Below are positions 1-10,500 of a stretch of 47,508 nucleotides of DNA, one piece after another. The stretch lies in assembly GCA_020724585.1 (NCBI GenBank), contig DYGS01000001.1, forward strand, positions 625,027 through 672,534, in the 5' to 3' direction. Position 1 is the first letter of the stretch, and the number at the start of each line of letters is the position of its first letter. The notes under the pieces were generated by a model. It worked only from the letters and a program-made list of their open reading frames with translations, had not been told where the DNA came from and did not search any database. The translations under genes were made by a program, and so were the position numbers. Source of the stretch: Candidatus Microgenomatus sp. Its GTDB lineage: Bacteria > Patescibacteriota > Microgenomatia > UBA8517.

Positions 1-1
1 T

Positions 2-466
2 AAAACAAAATATATTGCCGTTGCTGAAGATGACACCCTTTACCCCAAAGAGCATTTTGCCTACCGCCCACCCGAAGATGCCTTTGCTTATAATCAAAAT
101 AGGTTTGGGCTTTTTACATGGGGAAAGCCAACATATTTTTGGAAAGATAGAATCAGCAACTCAACACTTATAGCTTCAAGAAAACTTGTGATTGAAGCCT
201 TGGAAGAAAGATTTGCAAAATACCCAAACGGGACACCGACAGGGTTTACAGGAGAAATGGGAAGAAATAATGTTGAAGACAAGTTGGGAATTACTAGAAG
301 AAAGGCAATTTGGTTTGCAACCGAAGCATCAGTTGTAAGAATTGATCACGAAAAAGGAGTTGATAAACTATCCCAATCCCACAGAAAAGGTATGGGAATA
401 TTAAGAGCTTATGATATCCCCTACTGGGGAAGGGCTGATGATATCGTTAAAATTTTTAAAAGCTAA
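2..466 (+). CDS. 3' part of a glycosyltransferase-like protein (5' end outside window); paralog of 467..1135 and 3707..4453
   Basis: Frame is open from the window edge (hand translation KTKYIAVAEDDTLYPKEHFAY...) into listed ORF 188..466. Shares the (E/D)D(C/T)LYP..HF and C-terminal IPYWG motifs with the two paralogs. Confidence 0.6.
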   Translation, partial: KTKYIAVAEDDTLYPKEHFAYRPPEDAFAYNQNRFGLFTWGKPTYFWKDRISNSTLIASRKLVIEALEERFAKYPNGTPTGFTGEMGRNNVEDKLGITRRKAIWFATEASVVRIDHEKGVDKLSQSHRKGMGILRAYDIPYWGRADDIVKIFKS

Positions 467-1135
467 ATGAAAGCAAACAAAACCATAATCTACTACACCA
501 GCAATCGCGAAGACGAAGTGTTTGAAAACAGAGTTCGCGAGAATATTTTAAAAGTTACCAAAAATAAATATCCAATTATAAGCGTTTCCCACAAACCCAT
601 TGATTTTGGCAAAAACATTTGCGTCGGAGATGTTGGCGTATCCGGATTTAATATGTTCAGGCAAGTTGAAATTGCCTGCAGAGAAGCAAAGACTGACTTT
701 GTGATATCAGCAGAGGCTGATTGCCTTTATCCTCCTGACTATTTTGAATTTACACCAAAAGAGCTTGATAAATGTTATAGAAACAATAACCTCTATGTTA
801 TGCCAGACAAGAGAGATTTCTTTTTTTATAAAAAGGAGGGCGCAACACACGCACAAATTGTAGGCAGAATTTATTATCTTGAAACTCTTGAAAAATTATT
901 TAAAGGCGCCCCACAGTGGTCAGTTGAGGAAAAAAATTTTCCAAAAGAAAGACTAAAACAAGAAGATGTTTTTACTGAAATTAAATACTGGAGCAGTAAA
1001 AACCCTGTTTTTCAGATAAAAACACATCGAGGTATGAGGTATTATACAAGAAGTGACAGAACGCCAATTTTATCTCTTCCCTACTGGGGCGAAGGTAAAA
1101 AGGTAAGGAAGTACTATTTATATGGACTTAGTTGA
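467..1135 (+). CDS. glycosyltransferase-like protein, IIYYT...DCLYPP...LPYWG family (function unverified)
   Basis: 222-aa ORF abutting the previous stop. N-terminal IIYYTSN, SAEADCLYPPDYFEF and LSLPYWG motifs are shared with 3707..4453. Confidence 0.55.
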   Translation: MKANKTIIYYTSNREDEVFENRVRENILKVTKNKYPIISVSHKPIDFGKNICVGDVGVSGFNMFRQVEIACREAKTDFVISAEADCLYPPDYFEFTPKELDKCYRNNNLYVMPDKRDFFFYKKEGATHAQIVGRIYYLETLEKLFKGAPQWSVEEKNFPKERLKQEDVFTEIKYWSSKNPVFQIKTHRGMRYYTRSDRTPILSLPYWGEGKKVRKYYLYGLS

Positions 1136-1742
1136 AGCTATAAAAAAACATAGTGGTTTTCCTTTTGAAATACCCGATACTTCTCGGGATGATTTGCCCG
1201 ATTTTTTTGCTGATTTAGGTTTTAAAATTGGAGCTGAGATAGGTGTTTATAAAGCAGAGTTTACTGAAAAATTAGCCAAAACAGGTTTAAAAATTTATGG
1301 TATTGACCCTTGGATAATATATAAATACTTTGATAATCCAAGAGGCCAAAAAAGAATGGATTTTTTGTATGAACACAGTCTTCGGGTTTTAAAACCATAC
1401 CCCAATGCAACTTTAATTAGAAAAACATCAATGGAAGCTGTCAAAGATTTTCCCGATAATAGCCTAGACTTTGTCTATATTGATGCTAATCATGAATTTA
1501 AATATATTGCAGAAGATTTATATGAATGGACCAAAAAAATTAAACGGGGGGGTATTGTTTCAGGCCATGATTATTTTTATTTAAAATCAGGAACAGGAAA
1601 AGAGCATTGGCATGTTGCTTATGTTTTAGATGCTTATTTAAAAGCCTTTGGAATTAAAAATTTCTATGTTTTAGGATCAAAAAACCCAAAAGAAGGAGAG
1701 AGAAGAGACAAATGGCGAAGCTGGATGTTTCTAAAACCCTGA
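1122..1742 (+). CDS. class I SAM-dependent methyltransferase (Methyltransf_24/CmcI-like)
   Basis: 206-aa ORF. GAEIGVY...YGIDPW...LDFVYIDANHEFKYIAEDL..W.K.IKRGGIVSGHDY pattern. Tandem paralog at 1780..2352. Confidence 0.75.
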   Translation: MDLVEAIKKHSGFPFEIPDTSRDDLPDFFADLGFKIGAEIGVYKAEFTEKLAKTGLKIYGIDPWIIYKYFDNPRGQKRMDFLYEHSLRVLKPYPNATLIRKTSMEAVKDFPDNSLDFVYIDANHEFKYIAEDLYEWTKKIKRGGIVSGHDYFYLKSGTGKEHWHVAYVLDAYLKAFGIKNFYVLGSKNPKEGERRDKWRSWMFLKP

Positions 1743-1764
1743 CCTTTAAGGGTGTAACCCTTAA
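1738..1764 (+). repeat. REP-like palindromic element, copy 1 (CCTGACCTTTAAGGGTGTAACCCTTAA)
   Basis: 8-bp stem TTAAGGGT / ACCCTTAA with GTA loop (1746..1764). 1738..1762 is a 25/25 reverse-complement match to 14532..14556. Starts on the TGA stop of the methyltransferase. Confidence 0.8.
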
Positions 1765-1779
1765 CATATACTAACACAA

Positions 1780-2352
1780 ATGAAATTAATTGATGTCGTC
1801 AAAAAATTAAACAGTAGAGATGAATTGCCCGCCTTGTTCGCTAGTCTTGGATACAAAGCCGGGGCTGAAATTGGTGTATATCATGGTGAATTTACAAAAA
1901 AATTTTGTGAAGTAGGTTTAAAAATGTATGCAATTGATCCTTGGGTAGCCTATTTAGGAGCAGGCAGATCTGAAAACAAAACCGACAAGCAAGATTTAAA
2001 CTATGATATGGCTCAAAAAAATCTATCTCCCTACCCTAACTGTATATTAATTAGAAAGTCATCGATGGATGCATTAGATGATTTTAAAGATAACAGTTTA
2101 GACTTTGTATATATTGATGGAGACCACAGATTTAGGTATATAGCAGAAGACCTAACTGAATGGTACAAAAAAATAAGAGGTGGAGGTGTAATCTCAGGCC
2201 ACGACTATTTCTGCACAGCCCCAAATGCCAATAATGTTCTATGCCATGTTAAACCTGTAGTTGATGCCTTTGTTAAAATATACGAACTTAAGAGTTTTTA
2301 TGTAATAGGTCAAAATGACAAAACTCCAAGCTGGGTTATAATCAAGCCGTAA
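1780..2352 (+). CDS. class I SAM-dependent methyltransferase, paralog of 1122..1742
   Basis: 190-aa ORF. GAEIGVYHGEF, YAIDPW, LDFVYIDGDHRFRYIAEDL, GGGVISGHDY align with the upstream paralog. Confidence 0.75.
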   Translation: MKLIDVVKKLNSRDELPALFASLGYKAGAEIGVYHGEFTKKFCEVGLKMYAIDPWVAYLGAGRSENKTDKQDLNYDMAQKNLSPYPNCILIRKSSMDALDDFKDNSLDFVYIDGDHRFRYIAEDLTEWYKKIRGGGVISGHDYFCTAPNANNVLCHVKPVVDAFVKIYELKSFYVIGQNDKTPSWVIIKP

Positions 2353-2357
2353 ACTCA

Positions 2358-3086
2358 CTAAAGAAGCTTTAAAATTTCCTCTATCAATAGTGGTATTATA
2401 TTCTTTTGCCCTTTAGGTAAAAATACAGCTAAATCCGACTCAATCTTTTTTTCAGGAAATTTCTTTAGATTGTCAATTGCAATTTTACTGAATTCACGAT
2501 GATTGACTCCTTTCATTAGCAAAAACCATATATCAAAAATGTCTCTACCTTTGTTTCTCGTCTCAAGTGCTTTAATTTTTTCTTCTAGTATAGCATCAAT
2601 AGACAAATGTGATATTTGAGGAAAAACCAAAACCGGAAAGTTGGTTTTTAATGTTGATATTTGAAAATCACCTATCACTTTTGTTTGATGAAAATCCAAC
2701 CTTAAATTCAGCGGAAATTTTAAATCTAATCCTGAAAAATGTATTCGATATCTGATCCCATCTTTACCCTGCCAAATTTTAACAATTTCTATACCTTTGA
2801 ACTCAGATTTCATCCTCAACTCCACTTTTTTTAGCAACTCATCTATTTCTAAACTGTCAGCTTTAGTTGAGAAATCCAAATCTTCTGAAAATCTAGGCGA
2901 GGCGTACAAAAGCCTCAAAGCAGTGCCACCTTTAAAATAAAATTTGTTTGCGTTCTTTTCTTGATACAAAAAACTTAAGAAAATAAGCTGCAAATACTCT
3001 CTAATTATAGTGAACCTATCTATTTGATAAGTTTTAGATAAATTTAAAATTTGATCGTTTGATATCATATTTTTTTGACCAATCAT
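2358..3086 (-). CDS. abiEii: AbiEii/DUF1814-type nucleotidyltransferase toxin (pair 1)
   Basis: 242-aa ORF with FKGGTALRLLYASPRFSEDLDFS and C-terminal RDIFDIWFLL motifs. Overlaps the upstream AbiEi-like gene. Confidence 0.85.
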   Translation of the reverse strand: MIGQKNMISNDQILNLSKTYQIDRFTIIREYLQLIFLSFLYQEKNANKFYFKGGTALRLLYASPRFSEDLDFSTKADSLEIDELLKKVELRMKSEFKGIEIVKIWQGKDGIRYRIHFSGLDLKFPLNLRLDFHQTKVIGDFQISTLKTNFPVLVFPQISHLSIDAILEEKIKALETRNKGRDIFDIWFLLMKGVNHREFSKIAIDNLKKFPEKKIESDLAVFLPKGQKNIIPLLIEEILKLL

Positions 3087-3612
3087 TAAACAAATCTCTA
3101 TCTATTTTACTGATATCAATTTCGTCTGTGTCAATTGATAATATTCCTTTTGAACCTAAATACAAATAATCTAGAAGAGCTTTTTCTGGCCGTGCTATCA
3201 AGAAATCTCCAACCTTTTCCCAACCAAAAAACAATTTTTGATCAAGATGTGAGTATGAATATCTCTTATCATCTATCTCAAACTTATTTGTTTTTTTGGC
3301 AGTAACAGATGTAATTTCATATGTAAAACCAGTCATAACCGAATGAAACGACAAAGCAGACTGCAGTGAAACATAACTAGGTTGATATAAAAAATTAGCT
3401 ATTTGAAAGTCATCTACATCTTTTAATAAATATTGATACCCACCTTTAGTTAGTTTTTTTAATATCCCATTTTTTTCTAACCGTTGAACTCTCTTATATA
3501 AATTTTGATCATTATCAATAGCAAGAATTCTGCTCAATTCACTCAAGGTAAACAGTGGTAAATTTTTAGCGTTTAATTTTTTAACAATTTCAGTCAATTT
3601 AGTTGATCCCAT
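3034..3612 (-). CDS. abiEi: AbiEi-like antitoxin / transcriptional regulator (pair 1)
   Basis: Listed ORF 3034..3663. I prefer the ATG at 3612 (MGSTKLTEIV...) because a consensus promoter lies inside the longer 5' extension. PSYVSLQSALSFH and PEKALLDYLYL motifs are shared with 20665..21240. Confidence 0.75.
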   Translation of the reverse strand: MGSTKLTEIVKKLNAKNLPLFTLSELSRILAIDNDQNLYKRVQRLEKNGILKKLTKGGYQYLLKDVDDFQIANFLYQPSYVSLQSALSFHSVMTGFTYEITSVTAKKTNKFEIDDKRYSYSHLDQKLFFGWEKVGDFLIARPEKALLDYLYLGSKGILSIDTDEIDISKIDRDLFNDWSKKYDIKRSNFKFI

Positions 3613-3634
3613 ATACAATTCTACAAACAAGACA

Positions 3635-3663
3635 ATTATATACCAATTGAATAACTGTGTCAA
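3635..3663 (-). promoter_or_regulatory. sigma70-type promoter of AbiE pair 1
   Basis: Minus strand reads TTGACA (3663..3658), 17 nt, TATAAT (3640..3635). The spacer contains CAATTG. Confidence 0.6.
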
Positions 3664-3706
3664 GTTTAAAGTGGGAAATATTATAAAACTGTGATATCTT
3701 CAAATA

Positions 3707-4453
3707 ATGAAATCGAATCGTGATGCAAGCAAGGGAATAATTTACTACACCGACAACAAATTAAGTGAACCAATTTTTGGTATAGTCCAAAACCAAATAA
3801 AATCTGCCATTGCAGGGTTGCACCCTGCTATAACAATCACTACTGTCTCACTTTTCCCTATTAATTTTGGTGCAAATTTTGTTTTACCTTTAAAAAGAGG
3901 TTATGTAACAATGGTTAAACAAATTACCAAAGCCCTTGAAGAATCAACCTCAAATTATGTATTTTTCTGTGAACATGACTGTTTATATCCCCCATCCCAT
4001 TTTGAATTTACCCCAACTAAGGATGATATTTTTTACTACAATGCAAATGTCTTAAGGTGGGACTATCCAAAAGACAGATTAATAAAATATGATAGATTAA
4101 TTTCCCTTTCAGGTCTCTGTGTAAACAGAAAATTTGCCCTAGATCATTATCAAAAGCGCTTATCAAAAATTGAGGAATTAAATTTAGAGGCTGAAGGCAG
4201 ACGCGAGCCATCATGGGCAAGGACATGGGGTTATGAACCAGGAACAAAAAAAATTAAAAGGGGTGGTTTTAGTGATGATGATTTTGAAACTTGGAATTCA
4301 AAAGAACCTGTTATCGATATAAGACACAAAAAAACATTCTCCCCTCCTAAAGTGACACTTGATAGTTTTATACATAAACCAAATAACTGGCAGGAAGTTA
4401 CGCTTGCTAATCTACCCTTCTGGGATTTAAAATCCCTGTTTAGACTTAAATAA
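3707..4453 (+). CDS. glycosyltransferase-like protein, third member of the IIYYT...DCLYPP...LPFW family
   Basis: 248-aa ORF. Motifs IIYYTDN, FCEHDCLYPPSHFEF and LANLPFWD. Confidence 0.55.
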   Translation: MKSNRDASKGIIYYTDNKLSEPIFGIVQNQIKSAIAGLHPAITITTVSLFPINFGANFVLPLKRGYVTMVKQITKALEESTSNYVFFCEHDCLYPPSHFEFTPTKDDIFYYNANVLRWDYPKDRLIKYDRLISLSGLCVNRKFALDHYQKRLSKIEELNLEAEGRREPSWARTWGYEPGTKKIKRGGFSDDDFETWNSKEPVIDIRHKKTFSPPKVTLDSFIHKPNNWQEVTLANLPFWDLKSLFRLK

Positions 4454-4454
4454 T

Positions 4455-5585
4455 ATGCAAGCCAATGACCTTACTATCTTAATTCCTGCTAGAAATGAGA
4501 TGTTTTTGGCTAAAACCATTCAAAATATTTTGGAAAATATTGAAGCTGATACTGAAGTTATTGCAGTTTTAGATGGCCTTCCCAGTGACCCACCAATTAC
4601 GCCCCATGAAAGAGTAAACATAATTGAACTTAAAAAATCAATTGGCCAGCGAGCTTCGATAAACTTGGCCTGTAAAATGAGTAAAGCAAAATATGTAATG
4701 AAAGTTGATGCTCACTGCGCATTTGACAAAGGTTTTGACAGAAAGATGATTGAAGCTTTCGAAAAACTTGAAGCAGACGGAGAAACAAAAGTAACCATGG
4801 TTCCTATTATGAGAAACTTATGGGCTTTTGACTGGAAATGTTTAGAGTGTGGTAAAAAATGGTATCAAGGGCCTACACCTACAAAATGTCAGGAAGAAAA
4901 TTATAAAAATAGTGGTAAACCTTGCGATTCAAACAAATTTGAAAGAAAAATGATGTGGGTTGGAAAAAATAACCCCCAAAGCACATCTTATTGTTTTGAC
5001 CCAACCCCCCATTTTCAATACTTTGAGGATTGGAAACACAGAGAACCTTATATCTCCGATAAAAAGAATAAAGGTCTGACTGAAACAATGTCCTTGCAAG
5101 GAAGCTGTTTTATGACAACAAGAAAAATGTATTGGGAATTAAACTTTTGCGATGAAAACTTTGGCAGTTGGGGTAGCCAGGGAATTGAAGTTGCTTGTAA
5201 AACATGGCTTTCGGGTGGCAGGGTCTTAGTCAATCACTCAACATGGTATGCACATATGTTTAGGACTCAAGGTGGAGATTTTAGTTTTCCATATAGGATT
5301 GCGCACAAAGATCAAGAATTTGCCAAATCAACTGCTAGAAAACTGTTTTTTGAGAATACTTGGGAAAAATCTATTCATCCCCTTTCGTGGCTTGTTGAAA
5401 AATTCTGGCCAGTTAAAGGCTGGAGTGAATTAGATTTAAAAAATTTAAAAGAAAGTGAAAACAAAAATCAAACTAACGATGTCGACATTGCAATATCACA
5501 GCCAATAGAAGAAGATGTTTCAGTATCTAAAACAACTCCTGTTTTGATTAACAAATTTGGTGTTATATACTTTTCTGACAAATAA
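4455..5585 (+). CDS. family 2 glycosyltransferase with Cys-rich insert
   Basis: 376-aa ORF. LTILIPARNE...IAVLDG...KVDAHC GT-A-like N-terminus, followed by a CLECGKKW...C...C segment. Confidence 0.8.
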   Translation: MQANDLTILIPARNEMFLAKTIQNILENIEADTEVIAVLDGLPSDPPITPHERVNIIELKKSIGQRASINLACKMSKAKYVMKVDAHCAFDKGFDRKMIEAFEKLEADGETKVTMVPIMRNLWAFDWKCLECGKKWYQGPTPTKCQEENYKNSGKPCDSNKFERKMMWVGKNNPQSTSYCFDPTPHFQYFEDWKHREPYISDKKNKGLTETMSLQGSCFMTTRKMYWELNFCDENFGSWGSQGIEVACKTWLSGGRVLVNHSTWYAHMFRTQGGDFSFPYRIAHKDQEFAKSTARKLFFENTWEKSIHPLSWLVEKFWPVKGWSELDLKNLKESENKNQTNDVDIAISQPIEEDVSVSKTTPVLINKFGVIYFSDK

Positions 5586-6306
5586 GCAAGAAGTGAGGAG
5601 TAAATTCCTCATAAATTATTTTAAAACCATGTGAATATAAAATACCTCTTAGTACACTCGGTTCAAAATGATAAAGATGAGCAAATCTTAAAGGCCCACC
5701 AGGACTTTTCCATGTAGGAATCTCAACCATAAAATGTCCATTTATTTTTAGGAGATGTTTTGTTTTTTTAATTAACTGAATGGGATTTGAGACATGTTCA
5801 AGAGTATGAATTACTGTTATTAAATCAAATTTTTCCAATCTAACATCTTCTATTTTGGGAAACACCTTTATTTTTTTCTCCCTCGAATATCTCACATTTG
5901 GCTCAATTCCATATTTTTTAACGGCATTTACATATGATAATAAATATCCCCTACTGCTACCGATATCCAAATGTCTGCCAACCTTTCCTATTATTTTCCT
6001 TATAATTTTGGAGTCATTTTGCGCTCTTATTTTCTCGTCATAATCCATTTCCTTATCAGTCAAATTTATGATATTTCTATAATAACCGTCACGGTAAAAA
6101 ATATCTAATTCCTCCTCCGAAAGCCTGGGGTTTTGAAATATCAAGCCACAATTATGACAGATAAAATAATTGGTAATAATTAATGCTCTGATAAAAGTTT
6201 TTGGTATGACTTCATAGTCAACTTCTGGTGCCAAACCAACCTTTTCATATCTTGTAATTCTTGGAGACAAGCATGAGGGACAATATTTTATGCTTACCAT
6301 TAACAA
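5563..6306 (-). CDS. SAM-dependent methyltransferase with N-terminal zinc-ribbon
   Basis: 247-aa ORF. CPSC...CHNC, then HLDIGSSRGYLL (SAM motif I-like) and VIHTLEHV. Its 3' end overlaps the convergent GT2 gene by 23 nt. Confidence 0.7.
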   Translation of the reverse strand: MLMVSIKYCPSCLSPRITRYEKVGLAPEVDYEVIPKTFIRALIITNYFICHNCGLIFQNPRLSEEELDIFYRDGYYRNIINLTDKEMDYDEKIRAQNDSKIIRKIIGKVGRHLDIGSSRGYLLSYVNAVKKYGIEPNVRYSREKKIKVFPKIEDVRLEKFDLITVIHTLEHVSNPIQLIKKTKHLLKINGHFMVEIPTWKSPGGPLRFAHLYHFEPSVLRGILYSHGFKIIYEEFTPHFLLICQKSI

Positions 6307-6397
6307 ATTATATCAGTTTTTATAAATTTTAACCTTTCAAATTAGGCTTATTGCGTGTATAAATAAAGTAACTGTTTCAAAAACGGGTTATATTTGT

Positions 6398-7564
6398 ATG
6401 ATTAAAAATAAAACGCTCGTTATAATGGGCACACACTGGAAGGGTCTAAAATTCTTTGATTGGAAAAGACGGGATTGTGAGATATGGATGTTTAATGAAG
6501 CTCCAAATGTTAAAGTTAACGGAAAACCATTATATCCAGCACCGGATGCGCTTTTTCAATTACACCATGAGGCAATTTGGAAAAACCCGAAAAACAGAAG
6601 TGACGAAAAACACTATGAGTGGTTAGCTTCGGGAGATACCCCGCCAGTATATATGCAAAAAAAATACAAAGATGTCCCAAAATCTGTTGCGTACCCATTG
6701 GCAGAAGCATTAAAACTGACAAAAAACTTAAAAGTTTTGATCGATGGTCAATATAAGGAGTTTAAGTATTTTAGTTCAAGCCCCGAATATGCGCTAGCCC
6801 TCGCCGCTCTTGAATTTAAAAAACACAAAAAATACACGAGAATTGAGGTGTGGGGAATAGAATTAGAGCATGAAGCTGAATATGTTTATCAAAGAACAGG
6901 ATTTGCGTTTTGGGTAGGTTATCTTGCAGGTTTAGGTGTAGAGGTAATTCTAGCCAACTCTATTTTTAATTCCCCAATATATGGCTACGAGGGCGATGTC
7001 GCAATCGATTCTGATTATTTGAAAAAAAGAATTGAAATGCTAACTACGCAGTTGGGAACGGATAAAGAGCGTTATAATCTCGAGGCTCAAGAATTTTTGG
7101 CAAGTTTTGACAATTTATTACAAGCTGATGTCAGTAAAAAACTTGAATCAGATTTAAACGATCTGGTAAAACGAAATGAATCTGCCGGCATATTAAATGG
7201 GCAAATTAAGGAATGTACCTCGTATTATGAAAAAGCTCTCGCTATGGAAAAAGCAGCAAAAACTTCTGTTTTTTCAATGGGTGAATTTGACTCCATTAGA
7301 CATCTGTATAACAACCAATATGCTCAAATTAAGATGGAGACGATAAACCTGAATAGCCAAATTGCTATGCATCTTAAAAACCTTCTCAATTTTAAGAAAA
7401 ACTCAAATAAAAGAAGAAATTCCCTTGATAAATTAAAACAACTTATTGTAGAGATGATGAACAAAAATATGGCTCTTTTGCACATAGTCGGAGCTATAAA
7501 AGAGAATCAATTTTTAATAGACCTAGCTAAAATTAGTATTAAATCTGTGAAAGGAGAAAAATAA
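6398..7564 (+). CDS. hypothetical protein; N-terminal alpha/beta-like domain plus C-terminal coiled coil
   Basis: 388-aa ORF ending 1 nt before the giant repeat-protein gene. No motif I can name with confidence. Confidence 0.55.
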   Translation: MIKNKTLVIMGTHWKGLKFFDWKRRDCEIWMFNEAPNVKVNGKPLYPAPDALFQLHHEAIWKNPKNRSDEKHYEWLASGDTPPVYMQKKYKDVPKSVAYPLAEALKLTKNLKVLIDGQYKEFKYFSSSPEYALALAALEFKKHKKYTRIEVWGIELEHEAEYVYQRTGFAFWVGYLAGLGVEVILANSIFNSPIYGYEGDVAIDSDYLKKRIEMLTTQLGTDKERYNLEAQEFLASFDNLLQADVSKKLESDLNDLVKRNESAGILNGQIKECTSYYEKALAMEKAAKTSVFSMGEFDSIRHLYNNQYAQIKMETINLNSQIAMHLKNLLNFKKNSNKRRNSLDKLKQLIVEMMNKNMALLHIVGAIKENQFLIDLAKISIKSVKGEK

Positions 7565-10500
7565 ATGGCTATATCTTTAGTAGGCTCAACTTCCCTAACA
7601 GCCACCTCAACAGCCACAAATCCGTCATTAACTTTTTCTCTAAACGGTACTGAGGATATGGTTGTTGCCTTCGGAACGGGCCTAAATGCACCTACTGATA
7701 TAACTTTCAATGGATCGACGATGGCGCTGGCTATTTCTCAAAACAATGGCATAAATACCGGTGGGGTTGCCCTATTTTATCTTTTGCCTCCAAATATTCC
7801 CGGATCTGGAGACTATACGGTCCAAGGTACATGGGCATCGTCTGATCAAAATGCAATGCTTGGTGTTGTTGGATATGCAGGCACAAAAGGGCAGGCCCCA
7901 GTTGACTCAAACTCAACATTTATTACTGGAAATACAAATACCACAACTTTTACCCTTCCCCTGACAACTTCAACAGCAAATTCATGGGTTATCGGGCTTG
8001 CTTATGCCAATGGTACCGCAAGTACATTGCTTAATATAACACTTGGAAACATCAGAGAAAATAGAGAAGCCACTACATCTGAGACAATGTTCTCAGATAG
8101 AGAAATTTCAGCCGCTGAATCAACTGGAGTCGTTTGGACATTTAGTTCTCAAACTGCTGCTTTAACTTTTGCGGGTATGGTAATTGAACCTGCGATATCA
8201 TCTGTTTCCCCTTCAGTATCAGCAAGTCCATCTCTTAGCCCATCTGTCTCAGTTTCACCAAGTGTATCTATTTCCCCTTCTGTTAGTGCTTCACCATCAG
8301 TATCACCATCAGTATCCGAGAGCCCAAGTGTTTCCCCAAGTATATCAGCTAGCCCATCTATTTCTCCAAGCGAACCGCCGCCAAACACACCCATAAATAG
8401 AAGTACGAACAGCGGTGTACAGGGAACAAATGCAACATCTCACACTGTTAATTTACCTGCAACGGTAACTTCAGGTGATCTACTTTTAGTTTGGATGTCG
8501 TTTGATGGTACTCCTGTTGTTACTTGGGATAACACAACTCATGGCACATGGACTCAATTTGTTGACACCAATAACGGATCCAATACTTTAACAATTTACG
8601 GAAAAGTAGCAACAGGATCGGAAGCAGGTGGAACTTTAACAATTACGACAGATGCTAGTGAGCAAAGTGTCCATAGATCAGCTTCAATTTATCAATGGCA
8701 AGGATCAATTGCGGGTGGAGTAAATTATCCTGCGGCAACATCTGGAACTGACACAAATCCTGACTCACCTATTGCAACCGACTCGTGGGGAACCACTGGG
8801 AGGAGAACTATCTCAATTGTCTCAATCGATGGAACAGCAACCGTTTCATCTTATCCTGCAGGTTATTCGCAGAATCAATTCTTTGACCAGTCTGGTGGCG
8901 GAGCAGGATGTGGACTTGGAAGTGCTGCTTATAATGATATCGTTGGTTCACAAAACCCATCAAGCTATACAATAGACATAAGTTCTGCTTGGATTGGAGC
9001 AACCATTTCAATTAAAGGTGGCGGTGGGTCATCGACATCACCATCTGTATCTGTTTCTCCTAGTGCATCTGCTAGTCCATCGGTGTCACCGAGTGTTTCT
9101 GTTTCACCATCTGTATCAGAGTCACCCAGCGTTTCACCATCAGTTTCTGTTAGTCCTTCTGTATCTGAATCGCCTTCAGTTTCCCCTTCAGTTTCGGCAA
9201 GCCCATCTGTGAGTCCTAGTGCATCGGTTTCGCCGTCAGTATCAGTTAGTCCATCTGTATCAGTCTCCCCATCAGTAAGCATATCACCATCTGTTAGCCC
9301 ATCGGTTTCTGCAAGTCCATCTGTATCACCATCAGTTTCTGTCTCCCCGTCAGCTTCAGTAAGCCCATCGGTGTCTGTATCCCCATCAGTTTCCGTAAGT
9401 CCTTCCGTTTCGGAATCTCCATCTATTAGCCCGTCAGTATCAGCATCACCTTCCGTTTCTCCCTCAGTTTCCATATCCCCAAGTGCTTCGGTTAGTCCAT
9501 CAGTATCAGTTTCACCTTCAGTAAGTGCCTCTCCTTCTGTTAGTCCCTCTGTTTCCGCAAGCCCCAGTGTCTCACCATCAGTTTCGGTGTCACCATCTGT
9601 GTCAGTTTCCCCATCAGTCTCAGAGTCGCCATCAGTTTCCCCCTCGGTTTCCGAAAGTCCATCTGTATCACCATCAGTTTCTGTTTCGCCAAGTGCATCG
9701 GTTTCGCCGTCAGTATCAGTTAGTCCATCAGTGTCAGTTTCTCCTTCTGTAAGTGCCTCTCCTTCTGTTAGTCCCTCTGTTTCTGAAAGTCCATCTGTTA
9801 GCCCATCGGTGTCAGTCTCACCATCTGTTTCTGTTAGTCCTTCTGTTTCGGAATCTCCATCTGTAAGTCCATCGGTTTCTGCAAGTCCTTCAGTGTCACC
9901 ATCTGTTTCAGTATCACCATCTGCGTCAATTTCACCATCTATATCTGTATCACCTTCGGTTTCAGTTAGTCCAAGCGTCTCGGTATCACCAAGTGTATCT
10001 GAATCACCGTCTGTTAGTCCTTCTATTAGTTTAAGTCCATCAATCAGCCCATCAATTTCTGTATCTCCAAGTGCTTCGGTTAGTCCATCAGTTTCTGCAA
10101 GTCCTTCAGTGTCACCATCAGTTAGTGCTTCACCATCAGTCAGTCCATCGGTGTCTGTAAGTCCAAGCGTATCCATAAGTCCATCGGTGTCGGTCTCCCC
10201 GTCAGCTTCAGTAAGCCCATCGGTGTCAGTCTCACCATCTGTTTCTGTTAGTCCTTCTGTTTCGGAATCTCCATCTGTAAGTCCATCGGTTTCTGCAAGT
10301 CCTAGCGTTTCACCATCTGTTTCAGTATCACCATCTGTGTCAGTTTCCCCATCAGTCTCAGAGTCGCCATCAGTTTCCCCTTCTGTTTCCGCAAGTCCAT
10401 CTATTAGTCCATCTGTATCAGTATCCCCTAGCGCATCTATTTCGCCATCGGTGTCCGTTAGTCCTAGTGTTTCTATTTCACCATCAGTTTCTGCAAGTCC

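Noticed and set aside
3613-3663. N-terminal extensions of listed ORFs 3034..3663 and 17034..17723 (also 29917..32214 beyond 32175)
   Set aside because: The extensions contain consensus -35/-10 boxes and operator palindromes and encode hydrophobic or Cys-rich junk. Internal starts give N-termini that align with the paralogs or orthologs.
4017-5433. Short ORFs inside or antisense to the glycosyltransferase genes (4017..4247, 4879..5088, 5048..5233, 5248..5433)
   Set aside because: They are embedded in longer ORFs with clear family motifs and have no independent start signals.
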